Source: Mobula hypostoma (taxonomy: Eukaryota). Taken from it: 64,000 nucleotides of DNA. The stretch spans positions 241,182,001-241,246,000 of the forward strand of contig NC_086097.1 of assembly GCF_963921235.1 (NCBI RefSeq), in the 5' to 3' direction. This document shows, piece by piece, positions 1-11,892 of this stretch; the first letter of the stretch is position 1, and each line of letters begins with the position of its first letter. The position numbers and the translations under genes are program-made. The notes under the pieces were generated by a model, which was not told the DNA's origin, did no database searches, and saw nothing but the letters and a program-made list of their open reading frames with translations.

Positions 1-1170
1 CTTACCAAACTTCCTCAACCATCCGAGGTGAAAGAGGCACTGTTGTGCATTTTTCACCACACAACTGGTGTGTATGGGCCACATGAGGTCCTCAGTGATG
101 TGGATGTTGAGGAACTTGAAGCTGTTTACCCTCTCAACCCCAGATCCATTGATGTCAATAGGGGTTAGCCCATTTCCATTCCTCCTGTAATCCACAACCA
201 GCTCCTTTGTTTTTGCAACATTGAGGGAGAGGTTGTTTTCTTGATACCACTGTGTCAGAGAGATGACTTCTTCCCTATAGGCCACCTGGTTATTGTTTGA
301 GATAAAGCCAATCAATGTAGTGTCGTTGGCAAATTTAATTAGTGGATTGGAGCTGTGGGTGGCGATACAGTCATGAGTATACAGGGAGTAAAGGAGGGGT
401 TTCAGTACACAGCTCAGAGGGGCACCTGTATTGAGAGTCAGAGGGTTGGAGGTGAGGGAGCCCACTCTTACAACCTGTTGGCCATCTGACAGGAAGTCCA
501 GGATCCAGCTGCACAAGGCAGGGTCAAGGCCGAGGTCTCTGAGCTCCTTGTCGAGTCTGAATGGAACTATGGTGTTGAATGCCGAACTGTAGTCCAAGAA
601 CAGCATTCTCACATAAGCATCCTTTTTCTCCAGATGTGTAAGGATGGTGTGCAGATCAGTGGCTATTGCGTCATCTGTCGATCGGTTGTGTCGATAGAAA
701 AATTGTAGGGGGTCCGACTTGGGTAGTAGAAAGCTGCAGATGTAATCCTCGACCAGCCTCTCAAAGCATTTGCTTATTATTGAGGTGAGTGCAACAGGAC
801 GCCAGTCATTCAGGTATGTTACCTTGGTCTTTTTTGGTACAGGGACAATGGTGGATAATTTGAAGCAGGAGGGCACTTTACACTGGGAGAGGGATTGATT
901 ACAAATGTCTGTAAACACACGTGCACACATCCTGAGTACTCACCCTGGGATGCCGTCCAGTCCCGCAGCCTTGCGACTGTCCACTCGTTGGAAACATCTG
1001 CGTACCTCAGCCTCAGAGATGACCAGGTTGCAGGTTGAAGCAGTGGCTTTCCTCGGAGGCTCAGAGTTAGCGACATCGAACCGAGCGTAAAAGCGATTGA
1101 GCTCATCTGGGAGAGAGGCCACGATGTTGGCAGCACCACGATGTTTGGGTTTGAACCCTACAGCAGGCAC
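1..1170 (-). mobile_element. Rex1/Babar-clade LINE fragment (RT region), runs off window start
   Basis: ORF 940..1170 'LPDELNRFYARFD...ISEAEVRRCFQRVDSRKAAGLDGIPG' is a Rex1-type pre-RT segment; degenerate RT sequence continues toward position 1. Confidence 0.85.
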
Positions 1171-1174
1171 TTCA

Positions 1175-1560
1175 GAGTATGGGAGAAGTCACCACCAACT
1201 TTGTCTCCACAACATCCTCCAAATCCATTGGGAGTATCAGGAAACCAAGGTCAGCATTCTCAACACTGGGATTTTAATTAGACTCATTCTACTACATATC
1301 ATCCATATGCCTGATAACACACTCCCAGAGCATTCCCCGGAGAGATAACTGTTCAAAGAATGTTTTGTAAGCCTCCTTGAGAAATGTGACATACTTGTCA
1401 GCTCATTTGAGACACCAAACTGAAAAGGGAAAAAAATAGGAGCATCTGGAAAGACATGAAGCCCTTTGCATCTCCTTGACAGGAGCACTTGGAGCCCAAA
1501 CAAAAACAGAGGAAAAAGCAATGATCTCCTTAACAGCACACCTATATACCCTGTGAAGAA
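1175..1560 (+). mobile_element. Degenerate RTE-clade LINE 3' coding fragment
   Basis: 'HHQLCLHNILQIHWE...HIIHMPDNTLP' followed by 'ASLEKCDI...RSIWKDM' resembles the RTE C-terminal region. Confidence 0.55.
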
Positions 1561-1599
1561 CCCCATCCCATTTGTGGTAGAAAATGCAGCTTCCATTTC

Positions 1600-2050
1600 A
1601 CCAGGAGTTTAAGGAGATTTTGAGGAGACTCTTGCATTTTTCTACCCGTGTACAGTAGAGAGCAGTTGGACTAGATGCATCACAGCCTGGTAGGAAGCCT
1701 CTAATGTACATCAACGAAAGAGGCTGCATAAAGATGTAGGCTCTACCAGCTCTATCATGGGCACAATCTTCCTCACCATCGACACCATCTTCAAGAGGTG
1801 ATGCCTCAAAAAGGTACCACATATCATTAAAGATCTTCACCACGTGGGACATGTCTTCTTCTCATTCCTACCATCAGGGAGGAGATACAGGATCCTGAAG
1901 ACACACACTCAATACTTTTGGAACAGTTTCTTCCCCTCCGCCATCAGATTTCTGCAAGGTCCATGAACCCATGAAAGTTACCTCATTATTCATCTTTTGT
2001 GCTTTGGATTTTTATGTCCTGTATTGCCAAGCAACAACAAATTCAGTGGC
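1600..2050 (+). mobile_element. Rex1/Babar LINE 3' fragment
   Basis: Recurring Rex1 3' motifs 'tgcatcacagcctgg...ctaccatcagggaggagatacagg...aacagtttcttcccctccgccatcagatttctg'. Confidence 0.7.
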
Positions 2051-3442
2051 AATGCAAGATGGTGCATGTGAATCACAGCAAGGTGTTGTAGACTGCTTAC
2101 AAAACTTCTAAGTATGCTTCTTCTGAATTGCTCTTACTACAACCTGTAGCCAGTAATTTCCACTAAAGCAATGTAGGGCACTTGAGATACTAAAAGCTGC
2201 CATCATTAAACAAGAAACAGCCCACCCTGACACATTTCAAATTATAGTAGGGAACTTCAATTAGGCTTATTTGAAGAAATCTCTGCCCAGTTATCATCAA
2301 CATATAACCTGCAGCGCCAGGGGTCCCAACACACTCCATCACTGCTATACAACAATAGGGAATGCCTACCATTCTATGACTAGAACACATTTCAGAAAAT
2401 CTGATCACTTGGCTATCCTTCTCCTACCTGCATACAGACAGAGGCTAAAGAGCAAGGCCCTAGAGATAAGGACAACAAGGAGGTGGTCGCAGGAGGCAGA
2501 GGAGCGGCTACGAGATTGCCTCAGGTCAGTGAAATGGGCCGTGTTCAAGGACCCATCAAAAGATCTGAATGAAAACACCACGGTTGTCACGGACTTCATA
2601 AAATCAGTTGTAGACGAAAGTAGCTCCCGCCAAAACCATTGAGTCTTCCCCAGCTACAAGCCCTGGATGAACTATGAGATCTGTAATCTACTGAGGGCCA
2701 GATCAGTGCTACTGTATTCAGGTCGGGCAATCAAGTAAGATACAAGAGGCCCAAGTACAATCTGCAGAAAGCCATCTCACATATGAAGTGCGAATTCCAG
2801 ACCAAACTTGAATCAGTGAAGGATGCTCGACAGTTGTGGAAAGGCTTGAATGCTATTACCTATAAAGTGAACCCAAGTGACGTAGTTGACAACAGGGCTT
2901 CACTCCCAAACGGACTCAATACCTTCTGTCCCCGCTTTGACTGTCAAATCATGGAATCCTTCATGAACTGCAATGGCCCCTGATAACCCCATGATTTCAG
3001 TTTCAGAGGCCAATGTGAGGGCTGCCTTCAGGAAGGTGAACACATGGAAAACATCTGACCTAGACGGGGTACCTGGACGTGTATGGAAGACCTGTGCAGA
3101 AGTATTCACCGATATCTTTAAACTCTGACTTCAGCATTTTGAGATACCCACCTGCTTCAAGCAGGGTTCAACTGTACCAGCACCTAAGAAGGATGTGGTA
3201 ACCTTCCTCAATGACTATTGTCCAGTAGCACTTACATCCACAGTGATGAAGTACTTTGAGAGTTTGGTGAAGAAGCATGTGAACTCTTGCCTGAGAAGTA
3301 ACCTGGATCTGCTCTAATTTGTCTACCAGCAGTAGACCTCTACTTCTTTAAAAGTTTGTGAAGATTCAGTTTAACATCTAAAACTTTGAAAAACTTCTAT
3401 AAATATGTGGTAGAGAGTATATTAACCAGCTGCATCAAAGCC

Positions 3443-5994
3443 TCTTACTCTACTGGGGGTATTCTATAGGCCCCCTGGTAGCAACAGAGATACAGAGGAG
3501 CAGATTGGGAGGCAGATTTTGGAAAAGTGCAAAAATAACAGGGTTGTTATCATGGGTGACTTTAACTTCCCTAATATTGATTGGCACCTGATTAGTTCCA
3601 GGGGTTTAGATGGGGCAGTGTTTGTTAAGTGTGTCCAGGATGGATTCCTGTCACAGTATGTGGACAGGCCGACCAGGGGGAATGCCATACTAGATCTAGT
3701 ACTAGGTAATGAACCGGGTCAGGTCACAGATCTCTCAGTGGGTGAGCATCTGGGGGACAGTGACCACCGTTCCCTGGCCTTTATAATTATCATGGAAAAG
3801 GATAGAATCAAAGAGGACAGGAAAATTTTTAATTGGGGAAAGGCAAATTATGAGGCTATAAGGCTAGAACTTGCGGATGTGAATTGGGATGATGTTTTTG
3901 CAGGGAAATGTACTATGGACATATGGTCGATGTTTAGAGATCTCTTGCGGGATGTAAGGGATAAATTTGTCCTGGTGAGGAAGATAAAGAATGGTAGGGT
4001 GAAGGAACCATGGGTGACAAGTGAGGTGGAAAATCTAGTCAGGTGGAAGAAGGCAGCATACATGAGGTTTAGGAAGCAAGGATCAGATGGGTCTATTGAG
4101 GAATATAGGGAAGAAAGAAAGGAGCTTAAGAAGGGGCTGAGAAGAGCAAGAAGGGGGCATGAGAAGGCCTTGGCAAGTAGGATAAAGGAAAACCTCAAGG
4201 CATTCTTCAATTATGTGAAGAAAAAAAGGATGACAGGAGTGAAGGTAGGACCGATTAGAGATAAAGGTGGGAAGATGTGCCTGGAGGCTGTGGAAGTGAA
4301 CGAGGTCCTCAATGAATACTTCTCTTGGTATTCACCAATGGGAGGGAACTTGATGATGGTGAGGACAATATGAGTGAGGTTGGTGTTCTGGAGCATGTTG
4401 ATATTAGGGGAGAGGAGGTGTTGGAGTTGTTAAAATACATTAGGACAGATAAGTCCCCGGGGCCTGACGGAATATTCCCCAGGCTGCTCCACAAAGTGAG
4501 GGAAGAGATTGCTGAGTCTCTGGCTAGGATCTTTATGTCCTCGTTGTCCACGGGAATGGTACTGGAGGATTGGAGGGAGGCGAATGTTGTTCCCTTGTTC
4601 AAAAAAGGTAGTAGGGATAGTCCGGGTAATTATAGACCAGTGAGCCTTACGTCTGTGGTGGGAAAGCTGTTGGAAAAGATTCTTAGAGATAGAATCTGTA
4701 GGCATTTAGAGAATCATGGACTGATCAGGGACAGTCAGCATGGCTTTGTGAAGGGCAGATCATGTCTAACAAGCCTGATAGAGTTCTTTGAGGAGGTGAC
4801 CAGGCATATAGATGATCGTAGTGCAGTGGATGTGATCTATATGGATTTTAGTAAGGCATTTGACAAGGTTCCACACGGTAGGCTTATTCAGAAAGTTAGA
4901 AGGCATGGAATCCAGGGAAGTTTGGCCAGGTGGATTCAGAATTGGCTTGCCTGCAGAAGGCAGAGGGTGGTGGTGGAGGGAATACATTCAGATTGGAGGA
5001 TTGTGACTAGTGGTGTCCCACAAGAATCTGTTCTGGGACCTCTACTTTTCGTGATTTTTATTAATGACCTGGATGTGGGGGTAGAAGGGTGGATTGGCAA
5101 GTTTGCAGACAACACAAACGTTGGTGGTGTTGTAGATGGTGTAGAGGATTGTCAAAGATTGCAGAGAGACATTGATAGGATGCAGAAGTGGGCTGAGAAG
5201 TGGCAGATGGAGTTCAACCCGGAGAAGTGTGAGGTGGTACACTTTGGAAGGACAAACTCCAAGGCAGAGTACAAAGTAAATGGCAGGATACTTGGTAGTG
5301 TGGAGGAGCAGAGGGATCTGGGGGTACATGTCCACAGATCCCTGAAAGTTGCCTCACAGGTGGATAGGGTAGTTAAGAAAGCTTATGGGGAGTTAGCTTT
5401 CATAAGTCGAGGGATAGAGTTTAAGAGTCGCGATGTAATGATGCAGCTCTATAAAACTCTGGTTAGGCCACACTTGGTGTTCTGTGTCCAGTTCTGGTCA
5501 CCTCACTATAGGAAGGATGTGGAAGCATTGGAAAGCGTACAGAGGAGATTTACCAGGATGCTGCCTGGTTTAGAAAGTATGCATTATGATCAGAGATTAA
5601 GGGAGCTAGGGCTTTACTCTTTGGAGAGAAGGAGGATGAGAGGAGACATGATAGAGGTGTACAAGATAATAAGAGGAATAGATAGAGTGGATAGCCAGCA
5701 TCTCTTCCCCAGGGCACCACTGCTCAATACAAGAGGACATGGCTTTAAGGTAAGGGGTGGGAAGTTCAAGGGGGATATCAGAGGAAGGTTTTTTACTCAG
5801 AGAGTGGCTGGTGCGTGGAATGCACTGCCTGAGTCAGTGGTGGAGGCAGATACACTAGTGAAGTTTAAGAGACTACTAGACAGGTATATGGAGGAATCTA
5901 AGGTGGGGGCTTATATGGGAAGCAGAGTTTGAGGGTCGGCACAACATTGTGGGCTGAAGGACCTGTACTGTGCTGTACTATTCTATGTTCTATG
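3443..5994 (+). mobile_element. Young CR1 (HER1-like) LINE, 5'-truncated inside the endonuclease
   Basis: APE motifs GDFNFPNIDW and LGDSDH, RT motifs, 3' tail 'ctatgttctatg'; closely matches 36574-39230 and 50441-51140. Confidence 0.95.
3519..5932 (+). pseudogene. CR1 ORF2 (APE endonuclease + reverse transcriptase) broken by one frameshift near 4325
   Basis: ORFs 3519..4373 and 4325..5932; YRPVSLTS and DFSKAFDKV intact; QGSVLGP changed to QESVLGP and FADD to FADN. Confidence 0.9.
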
Positions 5995-6514
5995 AAACAC
6001 TATTGCCCTTGAATGAAAAATCCTTTAAAAAGTAATGGATAAGACTCAGTCCATCATGGGCAAAACCCTCCCCACTGTTGAGCGAATCTACAAGTAGTGC
6101 TGTTGCAGGAAAGAGACCATCAGGGACCCCACCACCCAGGTCATGCTCCTTTCTCACTGCTGCCATCAGCAAGAAGATACAGGAGCCTCAAGATTCACAC
6201 CACCATACTACCAGGTTTAGGAATAGTGATTACCCCTCAACCATCAGGCTTTTGAAGCAGTGGGGATAACTTCACTCAACATCACTCGCCCCATCACTGA
6301 ACTGTTCCCATAACCTATGGACTCACTTTCAAGGAATCTTCATCTCACATTCTCAATTTATTGCTTATTTATTTATAACTTGTATTTCTTTTTTTTGTAT
6401 TTGAACAGTTCGTTGTCTTTTGCACGTTGGTTGTTTGCCTGTCCTTTTCATTGCTTCTGTTGAACCTCGGGGGTGTATATTGTGACATATTCCGAACGTA
6501 CTTTTATCATTCAG

Positions 6515-6880
6515 GTGGCGGGGTGGAGATATTTTCCTACCAAAGGAGATGTAAGGCACTCCGTCACTCTGCTAGCCTGCAGGTCACGCTTGGTCAAGTT
6601 GCTTAGCCCCTCCCCTGATCAGGGTTACGTGAAGCCGTGGGAGCAGGTGGTGGATGGTTGTATAAGCAGCTGGTGTATATCACAAGTCCCAGTTATGTGA
6701 CCACTGATGCGAGTGGACAATCTCTGAAAAGTATTGATAACAGTTTCTAAAGACACTGCCCAGAAGGAAGCAATGGCAAGCCACTTCTGTAGAAAAGTTT
6801 GCCAAGAACAATCATGGTCATGGAAAGGCCATGATCATCCACATCATACGACATGGCACACAATGAGCGAACGAACCTTA
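6515..6880 (+). mobile_element. SINE-like non-coding repeat, family A, copy 1
   Basis: Shares 'ctaccaaagg..gtaagg', 'gggagcaggtg', 'agacactgcccagaag..caatgg' with 53965-54322 (-) and 62375-62785 (+). Confidence 0.7.
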
Positions 6881-7083
6881 ATAATAAATTTACTTTGACC
6901 TTTGAACTTTGTGATAATATCCCTGATTCTGATTCAGCCATCTCAGCAGCAGCAGCAGAGCAGAAGATTCTGGAAGACCTGAACACCACCAGGGATGGAG
7001 GGCCTTCATTGCTACCCTAAACGCCACTGGCGTAATGGGCAGTAAGAAGGAAAGAAAAAATTTGCTTTGCTTTCCATCTGAAG

Positions 7084-7166
7084 CAGGGGTTCGCAACCTT
7101 TCTTTATATGCCAAGGACTCCTACCATTAACTGAGGGGTCTGTGGACCCCAGTTTGGGAACCCCTG
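7084..7166. mobile_element. 83-bp hAT (Charlie-type) MITE
   Basis: TIRs caggggttc...gaacccctg; 8-bp TSD atctgaag/atctaaag. Confidence 0.8.
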
Positions 7167-7439
7167 ATCTAAAGAGATAATTTAATCACAGTAGCACATT
7201 GAGATAGCACAGAGAAACAGAGCTTAGATTTCTGTGGAGGAATAATAGTTCAGCAAACGGGCCTGTTTCTGTGATGTAGTACTCCATGACTCTATTAAGT
7301 CATGACCTAATTCACCTCGACAGAATGGATGGACCTGGATAGTGGTTTCATGAGCTGTGAATTTGTTTCATTATCCAGCAGCCATTATCTCCTGCCTCTT
7401 GTCTGTGCTGTTGACACAGGAACTGGAACAGTGATCGGG

Positions 7440-7995
7440 CAAAGTATAAATGTAACACACACAGAATGTTGGAGGAACTCAGCAGGCAAGGCAGCATCAA
7501 TGGTAAAGAGTTAACAGTCGACGTTTCGGACCAAAATCCTTCATCAAGACCAGAAAAAGAGATGAGAGGCCAGAATGAGATGGTGGGGGTGGGGGTGGGG
7601 GGGGCGGAGGGAAGAAGAAGTTCAAGGCAATAGGTGATAGGTGAAACCAGGAGAGGGGGAGAGGCGAAATAAAGAACTGGGAAGATGATTGGTGAAACAG
7701 ATAAAGGGCTGAAGAAGGGGGAATCTGATAGGAGAGAGCAGATGGCCATGGAAGAAGGGGAAAGAGGAGGGGAACCAGAGGGAGATGATGAGCAGGTAAG
7801 GAGATAAAGTGAGAGAGGGAAATGGGAATGTGTAATGGTGAATGGTAATTAGCAGAAGTTCGAGAAATCGATGTTCATGTCAACAGGTTGGAGGCAACCC
7901 AGATGGAATATAAGGTGTTGTTCTTCCAGTCTGAGTGTGGCCTCATTATGGCAGTAGAGGAGGCCATGGACTGACATGTCGGAATGGGAACGGGA
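7440..7995 (-). mobile_element. Penelope-like element 3' end (GIY-YIG C-terminus plus terminal repeat)
   Basis: ORF 7849..8055 'HSDMSVHGLLYC...RLEEQHLIFHLGCLQPVDMNIDFSNF'; downstream pyrimidine-rich UTR and hammerhead-like motif. Confidence 0.75.
7515..7552 (-). ncRNA. Minimal hammerhead ribozyme motif (Penelope type), C3U variant
   Basis: Minus strand UGGUC-UUGAUGA-A-GGAU(UUUG)GUCC-GAAACGUC-GACUG: helix I, helix II, GAAA, palindromic ACGU helix III, GUC site. Confidence 0.6.
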
Positions 7996-8396
7996 AGTAT
8001 AAATATAAATAACTTCCTTGTAGCCGTGAGCCTGTTGTGAACTGCTGTATAACACATTGTCTTAATCATCACTGATGATCTTATTATGAGATCATTCTAA
8101 ACAAGTTTACTTAACAAATACTGTCCCAAAATGGCATCTGATTCTGCCTCCAGGCAGTGGTGATGCAATAACGTTCAGCATGCAAGATTGCACAGGTGAA
8201 GGTTAATCTTTGGGAGGATTTAGTGAATTAATTTGGGATACTTGAAGGCTGTATCACTGGCAAGCATCATTTTCTTCCCCTCTGCCACCAGATTTCTGAA
8301 AGATTCAGAAACCCATGAATGCTACCTCATGATTCTGGATTCTGCCTCCTTCACTTCTAGTGCTGATGAAGAGCTTCGACCTGAAATGTCTATGTT

Positions 8397-9031
8397 TTAG
8401 ATTAGATTATTAGATTATGAGGTCACGCAGTCCTCTCTTATTGTCATTTAGTAATGCATGCATTAAGAAATGATACAATATTCCTCCGGTGTGATATCAC
8501 GGAAACACAGGACAGACCAATATTGAAAAACTAACAAAAACCACATAATTATAACATATAGTTACAACAGTGCAACAATACCATAACTTGATGAAGAACA
8601 GGCCATGGTCACAGTAAAAAAGTTCAAAGTCTCTCGAAAGTCCCACATCTCACGCAGGCGGGAAAAGGAAGAAATCTCTCCCTGCCATGCCCGACCACAG
8701 TCCGACTCTGAGTCGTCCGAAAACTTCGAGCCTCCGATCAGCCCTCCGACATCGAGTACAAAGCACCGTCTCTGTCAAACGCTTCGACCTCAGCCTCGGT
8801 CGCCAGCAGCAAGCAAAGCCGGGGATTTTGGGGCCTTCCCTCCGGAGATTCTCAATCGCACAGTAACAATGGCAGCGAACCGGGTATTTCAGAAGTTTTC
8901 TCCAGATGTTCCTCTGCTTCTCACGTCTGTCTCCATCAAATCAGGATTGTGCACGGCATCCTACTTAAAAATACAATATCATTTCACTGGAGAGCTGCGC
9001 ACGCTGCGTCGCGCCGCCATCTTCTCCTCCC
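8397..9031 (-). mobile_element. Non-coding CpG-rich retroposon, family B, copy 1
   Basis: 5' 'ggaggagaagatggcggcgcgacgcagc', 3' 'aaatgacaataa...cctcataatctaa' repeat tail; homologous to 21616-22280 and 53047-53830. Confidence 0.8.
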
Positions 9032-10920
9032 GCCTGTTATTGCCTTCCATAGACGTTGCCTGACCACCAACCCCCCCCCCATCTACACAAAGCATTATCG
9101 CAGAAAGCAGCATCATTGGAGACCCCCACTACCCAGGTCAGGCTCTCTTCTCGCTGCTGCCATCAGAAAGAAGGTACAGGAGCCTCAGAAATTATACCAC
9201 CAGGTTCAGGAACAGTTATTAACCCCCATCCATTCGGCTCCTGAACCAAAGGGGATAACTTCACTCAGCTTCACTTTCCCCATCATTGAGATGCTCCCAC
9301 AGCCTATAGGAATGAGACCGGGAAGGTGACAGAAGCTTATGCAGGGGAACAGTTTGTATCTGGTGACCACAGTGCCATTAGCTTCAAAGTAAATATGCAA
9401 AATGATAGGTCTAGCCCACGGGTTGAGATTCTGAATCCCTATTTTGATGGTATCAGAAATGATCCGACAAGTGTGGATTGGGACAGGCTGTTTTCTGGCA
9501 AAGGTGTACTTGGTAAGTGGGAGGCCATTAAAAGCAACATTTTGAGAGTGCTAACCTTGTGAGTGCCTGTCAGAATAAAAGGTAAAGATTGCAAGTGTAG
9601 GGAACCTTGGTTTTCAAGAGATATTGAGGTCCTGTTAAGAGTATAAAGGAGGCGCAAAGCAGATATAGGCAGGTAGGAACAAATGCGGTGCTTATGGAGT
9701 ATAAGAAATGCAAGAGAACGTTTAAGAAAGAAATCAGAGCACTATAAGAAAGCATGACGTTGCTCCAGCAGACAAGGTGAAGGAGAATCCTAAGAGATTC
9801 TACAGGTATGTTAAGAGCAAAAAGATTGCAAGGAACAAAATTGGTCTTCTGGAAGATCAGAATTGTAATCAATGTGTGGAGCAAAAACAGATGAGGGAGA
9901 TCTTAACTAATTTTTTGCATCTATATTTACTTAGGAGGTGGACACAGAGACTATAGGAATGTAACAAATTGACATCAGCTTCATGGACCCTGTACAGATT
10001 ACAGAGGACAAGGTGTTTGCTACTCTGAGGTGAATCATAGCAGATAAATCCCTAGGGCCTAACAAGGTGTTCCCTCAGACTCTACAGGAGCTAAGTGCAG
10101 AAATTGCCGAGATCCTAGCAGAGATATTTAAATCCTAAGCGACGGGAGAGGTACCAGAGGATTGGAGGATAGCCAATGTTGTTCTGTTGTTTAAGAAAGA
10201 GAGTAAACATAAACCAGGAAATTTTAGGTGGATGAATCTGACATCAGTTGTGGGAAAGTTATTAGAAGATATCCTAAGGGACTGGTTATATAGGTATTTG
10301 GGTAGACATGGACTGTTCAAAGATAGTCAGCATGGTTTCGTGCGTGGTAGTCATGTCTAACCAATCTTATAGATTTTTTCAAGGAAGTTACCAGGAAAGT
10401 GGATGAAGGCAAGTTAGTGGATGTTGTCTACGTGGACATTTGACAAGGTCTCACATGAGAGGCTGGTCAAGAAGGTTCAGTTGCTTGGCATTCAGAATGA
10501 TGTAGTCAATTGGATTAGACATTGGCTTTGTGGGAGAAGCCAAAGAGTTGTCGCAGATGGCTGCCTCTCTGACTGTGACTAGTGGTGTGCTGTAGGCATC
10601 GGTGCTGGGTCCGTTTGTTGTTTGTCATCTATATTGACGATCTGGACAATAATGTGGTTAACTAGATCAGCAAATTTGTGGATGACGCTAAGACTGGGGG
10701 TGTAGTGGACAGTGAGGAAGCCTATCATGGCTTGCAGAAGGATCTGGATCAGCTGGAAAAATAGGTTGAAAAATGGTCAATGGAATTTAATGCAGATATG
10801 TCCAAGGTGTTGCACTTCGGTAGAACCAACCAGGGTGGGTCTTACACAGTGGGGCTCTGAGGAGAGTGGTAGAACAAAGGGATCTTTTGTTGAAAGTGGT
10901 GTCACAGGTAAATAGGGTTG

Positions 10921-11793
10921 TGTGAAAAGAATACACATAGATTAAGATGTAGCTGTCCTGTGCTGGCACCGGTGGGATCAGCAGTTGGTCTGCCACCTGT
11001 CTTCAGGAGAGAGCGAGATAAGGAAAACAATGGAGCAGCACTTGGAGATGTGTAATGAAGGGACGGGAGAGAGAATAACAGAAGGAGAGAGCTGTCAAGA
11101 GCGGCTCCCCCTTTGAACCCTGAACTGTTTGAAGTGATGGACAGGCGATACCCCAGCAGGGGGATAAAAAAGGGACAGGTTCGCTAAGGCAGGATACACA
11201 CGACACCCGAGGTAACAAGACCCTGGAAGCGGTGCGTCTCTCACAAGTTGGTGGGAAGTACCGGGCCATAAACGCACAGGGTGGAAAGGCACGATCGGTG
11301 GGAACCTGGTGTGTGTCCACCCTTGCCTGGGTGCTGGGTTCACCGCAGGGAAACGATCGTATCTGGAAACGGAGGGGTCACGGTCGGTGACCTCAGATGA
11401 CATCACAAAGGACTCGCCCGAAAGCTGACTGCGAAGGTCTGTGTGGAAGCCTTGAATATTCATTCGTTTTTGCTCTCTCTCTCCTTCCTCCCACTGTCCA
11501 TCGCCACGGCAGCGATTTACTGCGAACTGAACTGAACTAAATTGAACTGAACTTTGCGTCACTTTGAAACTGGTCATTTACCCCGGACAACGATAGAGCT
11601 TGATTAATCCTGTTATCTTAATTCTGTGTACATGTGTGTTTATCATTGCTGAACAGTTGCATTTATTATCCTTTTGATTAGAGTACTGTGTTGCTTGTTT
11701 CTTTAATAAAACTTCCTTAGTTCTAGTAATCCAGACTCCAACTGAGTGATCCATTTCTGCTGGTTTGGCAACCCAGTTACGGGGTACGTAACA
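10921..11793 (+). repeat. 5' LTR
   Basis: tgtgaaaag...cgtaaca; closely matches 14945-15820. Confidence 0.95.
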
Positions 11794-11797
11794 TAAG

Positions 11798-11816
11798 TGG
11801 GGTTCTCGTCCGCGAT
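11798..11816 (+). promoter_or_regulatory. Primer-binding site, tRNA-Pro-like
   Basis: 'tggggttctcgtccgcgat' 4 nt after the LTR resembles the classic tRNA-Pro PBS tgggggctcgtccgggat. Confidence 0.7.
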
Positions 11817-11892
11817 TTTAAACGCTAAATTTGGGACGGAGTAAATTGATTGGGTCAAAATTCCTGAAAGAAAGAAAAGACAAACAGCAGAA

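Larger units (their letters stand above)
2200..6470 (+). mobile_element. Rex1/Babar LINE (endonuclease end, RT start, 3' end), internally deleted and split by a CR1 insertion at 3443-5994
   Basis: ORF 2271..2642 'HQHITC...NTLHHCYTTI...KSDHLAILLLPAYRQRLK'; host reads 'tgcatcaaagcct' before the CR1 and resumes 'tatgaaacac' after it. Confidence 0.8.

Noticed and set aside
6515..6700. Ribozyme fold in SINE-like family A
   Set aside because: Only one plausible helix across copies; no P1/P3/P1.1 arrangement
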